From Deltaproteobacteria bacterium (lineage in GTDB: Bacteria; Desulfobacterota; Dissulfuribacteria; Dissulfuribacterales; QOAL01), in contig WGDC01000026.1 in NCBI GenBank assembly GCA_015493475.1, positions 19,116 to 83,115 of the forward strand: a DNA stretch of 64,000 nucleotides. Direction: 5' to 3'. Shown here piece after piece: positions 7,240 through 17,171 of this stretch (position 1 is its first letter; every line of letters begins with the position of its first letter). The notes below the pieces were generated by a model. It made no database searches and had not been told where the DNA came from. It worked only from the letters and a program-made list of their open reading frames with translations. The position numbers were made by a program, and so were the translations under genes.

Positions 7240-8792
7240 CTTTCATGTTTTTAAGCCTCGGACACAAGATCCTTTTCTGGATAATCCTAATATTCGGCCT
7301 TTTTGGTTCGGTTTTTCTTGTTTGGCAGGGGGCGCAGTACAGAAAGGCGGGTATATCCCAACTCCTGCAACAATCAAGGGGAATCTATCACTATGTGGTG
7401 CTTTCCCGGCAGTTGATTTCGAGCTGGCACGGAATCTACATTAAGAAGGGCGGCAAGTATATAGGGATGACCCCTTCGGCCTTCACTAAGGAGCTTGCAT
7501 CCTTTTCCGGACAGAAGGCACCCTTCAGCCTGAAGGTGGCAGTGCTCAACACCAAGAATCCTGATCATATCCCGGATGAATTTGAAAAGGAGGCAATCCT
7601 TTCAATGGCAAGGGGCAAGAAAAAGGAAGCCTGGATACTGGAGTATGACAAGGATGCCTACCTGTTCCGCTATGCAGGCGCCTTGATTTTCGAGAACGAA
7701 TGCAAGAGCTGCCATAGTCGCAGTCCCAAGGTAAGGACACTCGGTTGTATATCAATAGGGGTAAACGCTAACAACTTTTTTGACGTGCTCGAAAGCGATC
7801 TAGTCCACTACGTTATATACATGTTAGTAGGCATCCTCGTAATCCTGACACTGCTATGGTTCATGCTTAGAAGCTATGTGCTTAATCCCCTCAGTCAGTT
7901 GAGCGGTGCGGCGGAGGAGGTCAGGGGAGGAAAATTCAATGTCAGGGTTCATCTCGATCAGAGTATTGAATGGCTCAGTGTGGGGGAAAATTTCAACAAC
8001 ATGGTTGAAACCCTATCCAAGAGGCAGACAGCCCTCAGGGAAGAGGCGGATAGTGCAATCGAAAAGTTGAGGATGGCCTACGAAGAGCTGAAAAAGATCG
8101 AGAGATACAAATCAGGTTTTTTTACCAATATCACCCACGACTTGAAGACTCCAATTACTGCTATAAAGGGTGCAATAGCCATTTTGTCAAGAAAATGTTC
8201 TGATGAACACCATCCCTACCTTGAAATTCTCCAGAGAAACGTGGAAAAGCTTTCTTCCATGGTGCAGGATATCCTTGACTGTTCACGCATAGAAAGTGGA
8301 GAGCTTACCCTCCAAAAGGAGGAGCTCGATCTTGCTGAGGTATTGGAAGATGCGATACTAATGGCCATGCCTTTGGCCTGGAAAAAGAAGATCAAGCTCG
8401 ATTATCAGGTGCCTGAAGAGCCTTGTTTAGCCATGCTGGACAAGAAAAGAATGGAACAGGTAATTATAAATTTGCTTTCGAACGCCACCAAGTTTTCACC
8501 TGATGGTGAAGTCGTGGAAATTAGTCTTTTACGGGAAGGGAATTACTGGAAGGTTATGATAAAGGACAAGGGCCCAGGCATACCCAAGGAAGATCGTGAC
8601 AGGATATTCAACAAGTTTTTCCAGCGCTCAGATACCATGAATGACACTGGCATGGGGCTCGGCCTTGCTATTGCAAAGGGAATTATAGAGGCCCACTGCG
8701 GCAGGATAGGCGTTTGTGACAGGGGACTGGGCAGGCGTGGAAGCTGCTTCTATTTTTTGATTCCATGCCTTGGGATACGCAAGAGGGACTGA
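7236..8792 (+). CDS. sensor histidine kinase with N-terminal c-type-haem sensor domain (DUF3365/Tll0287-like), HAMP, HisKA, HATPase
   Basis: One CxxCH (ENECKSCHSRSP) closes a periplasmic domain flanked by two TM helices. H-box FFTNITHDLKTPITAIKG. G2 box GMGLGLAIAKG. The start is uncertain (TTG 7236 or ATG 7245). Confidence 0.8.
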   Translation: MTFMFLSLGHKILFWIILIFGLFGSVFLVWQGAQYRKAGISQLLQQSRGIYHYVVLSRQLISSWHGIYIKKGGKYIGMTPSAFTKELASFSGQKAPFSLKVAVLNTKNPDHIPDEFEKEAILSMARGKKKEAWILEYDKDAYLFRYAGALIFENECKSCHSRSPKVRTLGCISIGVNANNFFDVLESDLVHYVIYMLVGILVILTLLWFMLRSYVLNPLSQLSGAAEEVRGGKFNVRVHLDQSIEWLSVGENFNNMVETLSKRQTALREEADSAIEKLRMAYEELKKIERYKSGFFTNITHDLKTPITAIKGAIAILSRKCSDEHHPYLEILQRNVEKLSSMVQDILDCSRIESGELTLQKEELDLAEVLEDAILMAMPLAWKKKIKLDYQVPEEPCLAMLDKKRMEQVIINLLSNATKFSPDGEVVEISLLREGNYWKVMIKDKGPGIPKEDRDRIFNKFFQRSDTMNDTGMGLGLAIAKGIIEAHCGRIGVCDRGLGRRGSCFYFLIPCLGIRKRD

Positions 8793-8796
8793 GACT

Positions 8797-9492
8797 ATGG
8801 TTGCGGCCAAGATACTGGTCATCGAGGATGACCAAGATATAAGAACGGTGCTGATGGACCAGTTGCGACTTGATGGCTTTGAAACCGTGGGCGCGTCAAC
8901 TGGCAGGGAGGTACTTGAAAATTTCAGTTCCATTTCCCCGGATCTCGTAGTGCTTGATCTTAAACTGCCTGACATAGACGGTCTGGTGATATGCCAGAAG
9001 CTGAGAAGGCTGTCGAACATTCCCATAATAATTGTAAGCGCCCGTGATTCATTGCCGGACAAGATAAGGGGCCTTGAAGTTGGCGCAGACGACTATGTTA
9101 CGAAACCCTTTGAGTACTTGGAGCTTGAAGCCAGGATACGTGCGTGCTTGAGGCGCCGTCAAGCCACTGCTGCCATGATAGAGCCGTTGGACCTCGGTAA
9201 GCTGAAGATTTACCGCCAAAAGAGGATAATAGAGGTAAATGGAAAACGCGTGAAGCTTACCAAAAAGGAGTTTGAGCTCCTGACCCTCTTTCTAGAAAAC
9301 AAGGGGAAGGTCCTGAGCAGGGAATTTCTGAGCAGCCATCTATGGAATAAAAAGGAAGTGTACCCCTGGTCTCGCGCACTTGATGTGCACATAAGGAGGC
9401 TCAGGAAGAAGATAGAACCGGACCCGGCAAATCCCAAGTATATCCTGACTCATGCAGGCGTAGGCTACAGGTTTTCAACGCACGATGGGTGA
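8797..9492 (+). CDS. OmpR/PhoB-family response regulator
   Basis: Receiver (ILVIEDD ... DLVVLDLKLPDIDG ... KP) plus a winged-helix output (LTKKEFELLTLFLENKGKVLSRE ... GVGYRF). The ATG at 8797 follows the kinase stop by 5 nt. Confidence 0.9.
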   Translation: MVAAKILVIEDDQDIRTVLMDQLRLDGFETVGASTGREVLENFSSISPDLVVLDLKLPDIDGLVICQKLRRLSNIPIIIVSARDSLPDKIRGLEVGADDYVTKPFEYLELEARIRACLRRRQATAAMIEPLDLGKLKIYRQKRIIEVNGKRVKLTKKEFELLTLFLENKGKVLSREFLSSHLWNKKEVYPWSRALDVHIRRLRKKIEPDPANPKYILTHAGVGYRFSTHDG

Positions 9493-9635
9493 GGCTGGCT
9501 GACATGTGTTTCGAATCGCGGTTGCGTAGGGCTCGCCTCAAGAGAGGCCGTTATGCAGCGGCTCCCTCTTTGCCCTGGATGAAGCGAGGGGTAAATTTGT
9601 ATGTTTCTGTATGTTTCCGCTTTGCGGGAGGCACA

Positions 9636-12600
9636 TTAAACCAGGGTTTCCTGCTGCTCGTACTTTGGCCTGAGTGCTGGATAGCCGAGGACGCGCGTTA
9701 TGTTTTCAGCAAGCTCCTCGTCAAGGCGCGCATTGAACTCGTCGGGCAGGGAAAGGTGAACAATGCCCTTATTGTTTATCCGTATACTTAGAGTTACAGG
9801 CAGTTTTCCCCTGGCGCGTTTCAATACGTCTTTGAGCTGTTTCACCATTTCCGTTCCAACCTGGTCTTCCTTGATATCTATTATGACGCCGCAGGTCTTT
9901 CTCGCGCATACCTCTTCGAGGAGCTCCACCTTTTCGCTTATAATCTTATAGGTTGCCGATTCACTGTTTTCTCCCTCCTTTTTAAGGAGACCTTCAACAA
10001 AGATTGGTTTCTCCGAGGCTATAACCTCACTGAATCTCGAATACGCCTCTGGAAAACATATCACCTCCACCGAGCCTGTCAGGTCTTCAAGGATGAAAAA
10101 GGCCATCTTGGTCCCCTTTTTCGTAAGTTTATCCTTTTTAGACCTGACAACGCCGGCGAGGCAAAGCCTGGTTCCTTCTGGAATTCCAGACAGGTTACCT
10201 GCGGTAACGCTGGTCAGAATGGAAATATCCTGTCTGAAGGCGTCAAGGGGATGGCCGCTTACATAGAATCCAAGAGCCTCCTTTTCCATGGACAGCCTGT
10301 CCATCTCCTCCCACTCGTCCACGTCCGGGATATTGAAGGAGGAAGCGCCCTCGACAAGTGTGGAGACGTTGTCGAAGAGAGATTTTTGACCAAGGCTTTT
10401 TTCTTTCTGCTTTTTGTGGCCGAACTCTATTGCGGCATCTATGCTTTTAAAAAGCTGGGACCTCTTGAGGCCGAAACAATCAAGGGCTCCTGATTTTACC
10501 AGGCCCTCGATTACCCGTTTGTTGACCTTTTTAAGATCAACCCTTGAGACGAAATCAGTGAAGTCTTCAAATAGGCCATGTTCCTCCCTTTCCTTTATTA
10601 TTACTCGGATGGCACTTGCTCCAACATTTTTGACAGCCGCAAGGCCAAAGCGTATCTTGTCGTCCTCTATGGTGAAGTCCTCGTCGCTTCTGTTAATGTC
10701 GGGAGGGAGGACCTCGATTCCGCTAGAACGACACTCCCCGAGGAACTTTACTACCCCGTCAGTGTTCCCAAGCTCGTTTGAGAGGAGGGAAGTCATGAAT
10801 GGTATGCGGTAATGTGCCTTGAGCCAGGCCGTCTGGTAAGAGATGAGGGCATAGGCGGCGGAATGGCTCTTGTTGAAGCCGTAGCCGGCAAACTTGGCCA
10901 TGAGGTCGAAGATGATTTCGGCCTTTTCCCTGTCAATGCCTCTTTCCAAGGCGCCTTTCATGAACCTCTCTTTCTGAGCCTCCATGACATCGGCTATCTT
11001 CTTGCCCATTGCGCGCCTGAGGAGGTCACCCTCGCCAAGGCTGTAACCGGCGAGCTCCTGGGCGATCTTCATGACCTGTTCTTGGTACACAATGACCCCG
11101 TAGGTCTCTTTGAGAATGGGTTCAAGTTCGGGAAGAAGGTACTTTACCTCCACCTGTCCATGTTTCCTCTTTACAAAGTCAGAAACCATTCCGCTCTCGA
11201 GGGGGCCTGGCCTGTAAAGGGCAACAAGGGCAATGAGATCCGTAAAGGTTGTGGGCTTAAGCTGCCTGATAAGGTTTTTCATCCCTGAGCTTTCAAGCTG
11301 GAAAACGCCCGTTGTGTCACCGTCCTGAAGGAGTTTGAAGGTCTTATCGTCGTCTATGGAAATGGAGGAAAGATCTATCTCCATACCGTGGTGCTTCTTT
11401 ATAAGCTTTATTGCAGTATCGATAACCGTAAGAGTCTTCAGTCCAAGAAAGTCGAACTTGATTAGTCCAACCTTCTCCACGTCCTTCATGTCAAACTGTG
11501 TTACTGTCTCTCCCTCTTGACCCTTGGTAAGGGGCAGGTATTCTACCATGGGTTTGTCCGAGATAACCACCCCAGCAGCATGGGTGGAGGAATGGCGCGG
11601 GAGCCCCTCAAGAGCCCTGGCTATGGTGAGGAGCCGTTCAACCTGGCCATCATTCGCAGAAAGCTCCTTGAGCTTGGGCTCAAGCTTCAGGGCCTCCTCA
11701 AGGCTTATGTTGAGTTTTTCGGGAACGAGCTTTGCTATCCTGTCCACCTCATGATAGGACATGCCAAGCCCCCTTCCAACGTCCCTTATTACAGCCCTTG
11801 CCTTCATCTGGCCAAAGGTGATTATCTGCGCAACAAAGTCCTCGCCTCCGTATTTTTCAGTGACGTACCTTATTACCTCGTCCCTTTTAGCCATGCAAAA
11901 GTCAACGTCTATATCTGGAAGGGAGACCCTTTCCACGTTGAGAAAACGCTCAAAGAAAAGGCCGTAGCGTACCGGATCTATCTCCGTTATGCCCATGGAG
12001 TAAGCAACCAGGGAGCCTGCCGCAGACCCCCTGCCTGGCCCAACCGGGATTTCGTGGTTCTTTGCCCAGTTTATGAAGTCCGCAACTATGAGAAAATAGG
12101 AAGCAAACCCCTTTTCCTTTATGATTGCGAGTTCCTCCTCGAGCCTGTCCTGGTATAACCTGTATTCATCTTCAGAAAGGCCTAGTTGCGTTTTTCGCTC
12201 CTCAAATCCCTTTCTCGCCTGCCTGTCAAATACCTCCTCGTAGGTTTTCCCCTTATCAATCCTGAAAAAGGGAAAGTGATGCCTACCTGTCTCTATTTCC
12301 ACGTCACACATGGAGACTATTTCTCGGGTGTTGGCGAGGGCCTCCGGGCACCAGGCGAAACGGCGGGCCATCTCCTCCATGGAGGCAAAGTAGAGGCTGT
12401 CTGTTGAGAACCTCATTCTGTTCTTTTCGTTTACCGTTTTGCCGGTCTGAATACAGAGAAGGACGTCATGGGCGTCCGCATTTTCCCTGTCGAGGTAGTG
12501 GCAGTCATTTGTGGCTACCACCGGAATCCCGAGCTTTCTTGACAGGTGAACCATGGCCTCGTTGACCTGTTTTTGCTCAGGAATCCCATTTTCCTGGAGT

Positions 12601-13127
12601 TCGAGGTAAAATCTGTCTTTGAAGATGCTAGCGTATGTCTCTGCTAAGCTGCAAGCCGCCTTTTCATCACCTCTCAAAAAGGCATGGCTCACTTCGCCAT
12701 GCAGACAGGCTGAAAGCGCAATGAGCCCTCCGTTAAGCTCCTGGAGAATTTCCTTGTCAACCCGGGGCTTGTAATAGAATCCCTCGAAATTAGCCACAGT
12801 GACGAGCTTCAAGAGATTTTTATAACCATGCCCATTCATGGCGAGTAGCACAAGGTGAAAGGCTGCCTGTGACTGGCTCCTGGCGTTTCTGTCCTTCCTG
12901 CTGCCAGGGGCAACGTATAACTCACAACCGATTATGGGTTTTATTCCAGCCCTTATCGCCCCCTCGTAGAACTTGAGGACACCGTACATGTTGCCATGGT
13001 CGGTAATGGCTATGGAGTCGTAACCAAACTCCTTAGCCCTCGGAAACAGGTCCTTGAGCCGGATAGCCCCGTCAAGGAGGCTATATTCGGTGTGAAGATG
13101 AAGATGGGTGAATCCTGGTGCGTCCAT
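9636..13127 (-). CDS. dnaE: DNA polymerase III alpha subunit
   Basis: 1163 aa. PHP motif FTHLHLHTEYSLLDG. Catalytic LPDIDVDF. HhH and OB-fold C-terminus. Confidence 0.95.
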   Translation of the reverse strand: MDAPGFTHLHLHTEYSLLDGAIRLKDLFPRAKEFGYDSIAITDHGNMYGVLKFYEGAIRAGIKPIIGCELYVAPGSRKDRNARSQSQAAFHLVLLAMNGHGYKNLLKLVTVANFEGFYYKPRVDKEILQELNGGLIALSACLHGEVSHAFLRGDEKAACSLAETYASIFKDRFYLELQENGIPEQKQVNEAMVHLSRKLGIPVVATNDCHYLDRENADAHDVLLCIQTGKTVNEKNRMRFSTDSLYFASMEEMARRFAWCPEALANTREIVSMCDVEIETGRHHFPFFRIDKGKTYEEVFDRQARKGFEERKTQLGLSEDEYRLYQDRLEEELAIIKEKGFASYFLIVADFINWAKNHEIPVGPGRGSAAGSLVAYSMGITEIDPVRYGLFFERFLNVERVSLPDIDVDFCMAKRDEVIRYVTEKYGGEDFVAQIITFGQMKARAVIRDVGRGLGMSYHEVDRIAKLVPEKLNISLEEALKLEPKLKELSANDGQVERLLTIARALEGLPRHSSTHAAGVVISDKPMVEYLPLTKGQEGETVTQFDMKDVEKVGLIKFDFLGLKTLTVIDTAIKLIKKHHGMEIDLSSISIDDDKTFKLLQDGDTTGVFQLESSGMKNLIRQLKPTTFTDLIALVALYRPGPLESGMVSDFVKRKHGQVEVKYLLPELEPILKETYGVIVYQEQVMKIAQELAGYSLGEGDLLRRAMGKKIADVMEAQKERFMKGALERGIDREKAEIIFDLMAKFAGYGFNKSHSAAYALISYQTAWLKAHYRIPFMTSLLSNELGNTDGVVKFLGECRSSGIEVLPPDINRSDEDFTIEDDKIRFGLAAVKNVGASAIRVIIKEREEHGLFEDFTDFVSRVDLKKVNKRVIEGLVKSGALDCFGLKRSQLFKSIDAAIEFGHKKQKEKSLGQKSLFDNVSTLVEGASSFNIPDVDEWEEMDRLSMEKEALGFYVSGHPLDAFRQDISILTSVTAGNLSGIPEGTRLCLAGVVRSKKDKLTKKGTKMAFFILEDLTGSVEVICFPEAYSRFSEVIASEKPIFVEGLLKKEGENSESATYKIISEKVELLEEVCARKTCGVIIDIKEDQVGTEMVKQLKDVLKRARGKLPVTLSIRINNKGIVHLSLPDEFNARLDEELAENITRVLGYPALRPKYEQQETLV

Positions 13128-13169
13128 AACTTGCCTGCATACAGGGTTGCGGTTTAATGTCCTTGCCGC

Positions 13170-14723
13170 CTATTCCCATTCAATCGTTGCGGGGGGTTTG
13201 GAGCTGATGTCGTAACACACCCTGTTAACTCCCCTTACTTCGTTAATTATCCTGCTGGACATCCTGCCAAGGAGGTCATATGGGAGCTTAGACCAGTCTG
13301 CCGTCATGGCGTCGAGGCTGTCTACCACACGAATGGCTATAACGTGATCGTAGGTCCTTTCATCCCCCATAACGCCCACAGTCTTAATTGGAAGAAGTAC
13401 AGCAAAGGATTGCCAGACCATCCAGTACCAATCGGATGCCTTCATCTCTTCGAGTACTATATGATCCGCTTCCCTGAGGATATTCAGCCTGTCCCGCGTG
13501 ACCTCGCCGAGTATCCTTATGGCGAGACCCGGCCCTGGAAAGGGGTGACGGTTTATAAGCTCGTAGGGCATTCCAAGCTCTTTTGCGACCTTTCTCACCT
13601 CGTCCTTGAAAAGTTCCCGGAGGGGTTCGATGAGGTCAAGCTTCATGACTTCCGGCAGCCCTCCTACGTTATGGTGGCTCTTTATGGTCGCGGAGGGCCC
13701 CTTGAAGGACACGCTTTCTATGACGTCGGGATACAGCGTGCCCTGTGCAAGAAAGTCAACGTGTCCGATTTTTGCCGCTTCCTCCTCGAAGATTTTTATA
13801 AATTCATTACCTATGATTTTCCTCTTTTTCTCAGGGTCCTCAATACCCTTGAGCTTCGTGAGAAACCTTTCTTCAGCGTCAACGTAGACCACGTTTAGGC
13901 GAAACTGTTCTAAAAAGGCCAGGACTGTCTCTGGCTCGTTTTTCCTGAGAAGCCCGTTATTTACAAATACGCATGACAGATTGCCGCCAATGGCCCTGTG
14001 AATAAGAAGAGCGGTGACGGTGGAATCCACGCCGCCGGAAAGCGCGCATATTACCCTGCCGTCTTGAGCCTTGCGCCTTATTTCCTCAATGGTTGTGGAA
14101 ACAAAGGATTCCATTGTCCAGTCAGGAACGCACTTGCACACCCTGAAAAGAAAATTTCGCAGCACATCGGATCCTATCTCGGTGTGGGCTACCTCCGGAT
14201 GGAACTGGACGCCAAAGATGGATCTTTCGGCATGTGCCATGGCGGCGACAGGACATGAAGCGCTATGGGCAAGAACCTTGAAACCCTTAGGGATATTTTC
14301 CACCTTGTCCCCGTGGCTCATCCAAACCTGGTGTCCAGGCTTTCCACCGGCAAGGCCATAAAATATCTCGTCAGGTTCGTCTATGATGAGTTTTGCGTGT
14401 CCGTACTCCCTGTGCTCGCTTCTTTCCACGCGACCGCCAAGGAGCATGCCTGTAAGCTGCATACCGTAACATATACCGAGAAGGGGTATGCCGAGGTCTA
14501 ATATTTCTCTGTCAATCCTCGGTGCGTCATTGTCATAGACGCTGGACGGACCTCCGGAAAGGATAATGCCCCTTGGAGCCATTGCCACTATTTTGTCGAT
14601 ACTTATATTAAACGGGTGAATTTTGCAGTAGACCTGGGCCTCCCTGACCCGCCTGGCAATGAGCTGCGTGGTCTGGGAACCGAAATCCAGTATTAGTACG
14701 TTCTGTTTTGAGTTAGATTTCAT
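13170..14723 (-). CDS. guaA: GMP synthase (glutamine-hydrolysing)
   Basis: GATase domain (GICYGMQ) plus ATP-PPase SGGVDS. C-terminal ...PPATIEWE. 517 aa. Confidence 0.95.
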   Translation of the reverse strand: MKSNSKQNVLILDFGSQTTQLIARRVREAQVYCKIHPFNISIDKIVAMAPRGIILSGGPSSVYDNDAPRIDREILDLGIPLLGICYGMQLTGMLLGGRVERSEHREYGHAKLIIDEPDEIFYGLAGGKPGHQVWMSHGDKVENIPKGFKVLAHSASCPVAAMAHAERSIFGVQFHPEVAHTEIGSDVLRNFLFRVCKCVPDWTMESFVSTTIEEIRRKAQDGRVICALSGGVDSTVTALLIHRAIGGNLSCVFVNNGLLRKNEPETVLAFLEQFRLNVVYVDAEERFLTKLKGIEDPEKKRKIIGNEFIKIFEEEAAKIGHVDFLAQGTLYPDVIESVSFKGPSATIKSHHNVGGLPEVMKLDLIEPLRELFKDEVRKVAKELGMPYELINRHPFPGPGLAIRILGEVTRDRLNILREADHIVLEEMKASDWYWMVWQSFAVLLPIKTVGVMGDERTYDHVIAIRVVDSLDAMTADWSKLPYDLLGRMSSRIINEVRGVNRVCYDISSKPPATIEWE

Positions 14724-14802
14724 AACTACCTCAAATAATTATTTTTTCTTTTAAAAAGCAGAAAAAGAACTCTCTTCGACAGGGTCAATAGTAACTGAAG
14801 TC

Positions 14803-16779
14803 ATGGAAAATAAAAAGTGTATAAAGTTGAGAAGGAAAATCGATTGTGTTAATGTGAATTTCATGGATGATGATTGCAAACGATGCGGTTCGGCAGCTTC
14901 CCCTAATGAAAAGGGTGTAAGCCGCCGAAAACCGTCAGATTGTAATAAACTCGATATCGACCGTGTTTCTATGGATAGTGGCTGGACGGATATCGAGAAA
15001 AATAAGACGGCCCCAAGGGATGAGGACGAGTCCGAAAGGCCTTTTCCCTCACGGAAAACCCTCGAGAAGGAAATTAGCGAATACCTTGCCAAGAAGTATG
15101 GTGGCAGGGTCAAGGTTATATCTCAGATGGTTTTCCCCGGCGAGGCAAAAGTAGAAGAAACAGATCATACAGAGGAACAAGCCAAGAAAAAGGGCGGAGT
15201 AGTAAATTTCAGTATCAAACCGAGGGAGCTTGAGGAATATCTGAACGAATACGTGGTAAAGCAAGACGAGGCCAAGGCGGTTCTCGCCACCAAGATATGT
15301 ACGCATTTTAACAAGATCGCCTATCTCGAAAGACGCGGGAAAAGCCGTCACCCGGTTGGCAACATCAAAAATAACATAATACTTATCGGACCTACCGGGG
15401 TGGGGAAGACATACCTCATAAAACTCATAGCAGCTAAGCTAGGAGTTCCTTTTGTGAAGGGAGACGCCACAAAGTTCAGTGAGACGGGTTACGTGGGCGG
15501 GGACGTGGAGGACCTCGTGAGAGACCTCGTCAAGGAGGCGGACGGGGACATTGGAAAGGCCCGTTACGGAATAATATATATTGACGAGATAGACAAGATA
15601 GCCGCCACCGACGGGCTACGTGGGCCGGATGTGTCGAGATCCGGTGTCCAAAGGGCACTTTTGAAACCCCTTGAAGAAACAGAGGTGGATCTTAAGACGC
15701 CACATGACCCCATTTCCCAACTCGAGGCCATAGAGCACTTTAGAAAGACCGGTAAGAGGATGAAAAAAACCATAAATACCAAAAACGTCCTATTCATAGT
15801 GAGCGGGGCCTTTTCCGGTCTTTCAGATATTATAAAAAAGAGGCTTTCTGCGCAGGGCATAGGTTTTGGAGCCGAGCTCGACTTGCGCGAGGAACAGGAG
15901 TGGCTTAAAAAGGTCAAGCCACAGGACCTAGTGGAATTTGGTTTTGAAAACGAATTTATAGGCAGGCTTCCCGTCATCGCCGTTCTTGAGGAGTTAACAG
16001 AGGACGACCTTTTTGAGATACTCAAGAATCCAAAAAGTCCCGTGATCGTGAGCAAGAAACAGGATTTCAGGGCCTATGGCATCGATCTCAAGTTTGAAAA
16101 AGAGTCCTTCAGGCTCCTTGCTTCCCATGCCTACCATGAAAAGACAGGGGCCAGGGCCCTCGTAAGTGTCATAGAGCGGGCGCTTCTTCCTTTTGAAAAG
16201 GCCCTTCCTTCAACGGACATCGATTTTTTGGTTGTTACCCGTGATCTTGTAGAAGATCCTGAAAGTGCCCTGGAAGAGCTTTTGAGGGAACCGCACAGTC
16301 CTGAACGCATCAGCCGGTACGAGGCCATGGTTCATCATGAAAAGGAGCAGATAATCAACGGCCTCGCTTCCAGGCGTCTTTCTTCATGGCGGGAGCAGGG
16401 AGTCACCCTGAATGAGAACCGCAAGGAGCTTATCGCCCACCTCTGCCTGAAGGATGATTTGAGCGTGGATGAAGCGGCGGCTAACGTACTGTTCTGGATA
16501 CAGCAAATCAAGAGCTACGAGGCATCATTTTTCAACAGGTGTGAAATTGACATCACATTTGACGATGAGGCCGTGGACAAGATTCTCGATGCATGCCGTT
16601 TTGATCCCGCGAGCCTATATAGTCAGTGTGAACGCCTTACAAGCATATTGGAATACGGCCTTACACTCATCAGGGAGAGGACAGGACAGGCCGAATTCAA
16701 CGTTCCATCCGACGCGGTGGAAAATCCCGAGCTTTTCATAAACCGTCTAATCCGTATCTGTTACGAATCTAACAGCTAG
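14803..16779 (+). CDS. ClpX-like AAA+ unfoldase paralogue with atypical N-terminus and about 170-aa C-terminal extension
   Basis: Walker A GPTGVGKT. Walker B IIYIDEIDK. Pore loop ETGYVGGDVE. IGF-type loop AQGIGFGAE. Sensor-2 TGARAL. No C4 zinc-binding domain (only CKRCG). 658 aa, compared with about 420 aa for ClpX. Confidence 0.8.
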   Translation: MENKKCIKLRRKIDCVNVNFMDDDCKRCGSAASPNEKGVSRRKPSDCNKLDIDRVSMDSGWTDIEKNKTAPRDEDESERPFPSRKTLEKEISEYLAKKYGGRVKVISQMVFPGEAKVEETDHTEEQAKKKGGVVNFSIKPRELEEYLNEYVVKQDEAKAVLATKICTHFNKIAYLERRGKSRHPVGNIKNNIILIGPTGVGKTYLIKLIAAKLGVPFVKGDATKFSETGYVGGDVEDLVRDLVKEADGDIGKARYGIIYIDEIDKIAATDGLRGPDVSRSGVQRALLKPLEETEVDLKTPHDPISQLEAIEHFRKTGKRMKKTINTKNVLFIVSGAFSGLSDIIKKRLSAQGIGFGAELDLREEQEWLKKVKPQDLVEFGFENEFIGRLPVIAVLEELTEDDLFEILKNPKSPVIVSKKQDFRAYGIDLKFEKESFRLLASHAYHEKTGARALVSVIERALLPFEKALPSTDIDFLVVTRDLVEDPESALEELLREPHSPERISRYEAMVHHEKEQIINGLASRRLSSWREQGVTLNENRKELIAHLCLKDDLSVDEAAANVLFWIQQIKSYEASFFNRCEIDITFDDEAVDKILDACRFDPASLYSQCERLTSILEYGLTLIRERTGQAEFNVPSDAVENPELFINRLIRICYESNS

Positions 16780-16790
16780 GAGAACCTTTT

Positions 16791-17171
16791 ATGGGTAATG
16801 AGAACAAGCCGGTCGTACTTTTGGTGGACGACAAGCCTGAAGGAAAACAAATTTTTTCTCGGATTGCCCAAGACTTTCCCTTTGAGCTAATAGTGGCAGA
16901 AGATGGGCAGACGGGCTTTGATATCGCACGGGACCAGGAACCAGACCTGATTATTATCAGGAAGAATGTTCCAATCCTTAATGCCCAGTCGGTCAGTGTA
17001 CTTCTTAAACAGTCTGCTTCCACAGATAAGATTCCCATCCTTGTAATATGTCCCGATTTTTCCGAGGAGGACCGGGAAAAGTTTCAGGACGCAGGCTGCA
17101 ATGACTGCATAAGAGACCCGCATGAATTAGAAATAGTAATCTCGAAGTTAAAGGAGTGGCTCGCCCTATGA
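16791..17171 (+). CDS. single-domain pseudo-receiver (CheY-like fold, phosphoacceptor Asp replaced)
   Basis: Aligned to CheY, DD is retained (LLVDDKP). D57 becomes R (DLIIIRKNVP), T87 becomes C (ILVICPD) and K109 becomes D (CIRDP). Confidence 0.75.
   Translation: MGNENKPVVLLVDDKPEGKQIFSRIAQDFPFELIVAEDGQTGFDIARDQEPDLIIIRKNVPILNAQSVSVLLKQSASTDKIPILVICPDFSEEDREKFQDAGCNDCIRDPHELEIVISKLKEWLAL

Noticed and set aside
14751-15113. 120-aa minus-strand ORF overlapping the 5' part of the ClpX-like gene
   Set aside because: It is antisense to the hydrophilic N-terminal region of the ClpX-like gene. It has no RBS, is Ser/Leu-rich and has no motifs. It does leave some doubt about the exact start of the ClpX-like gene.
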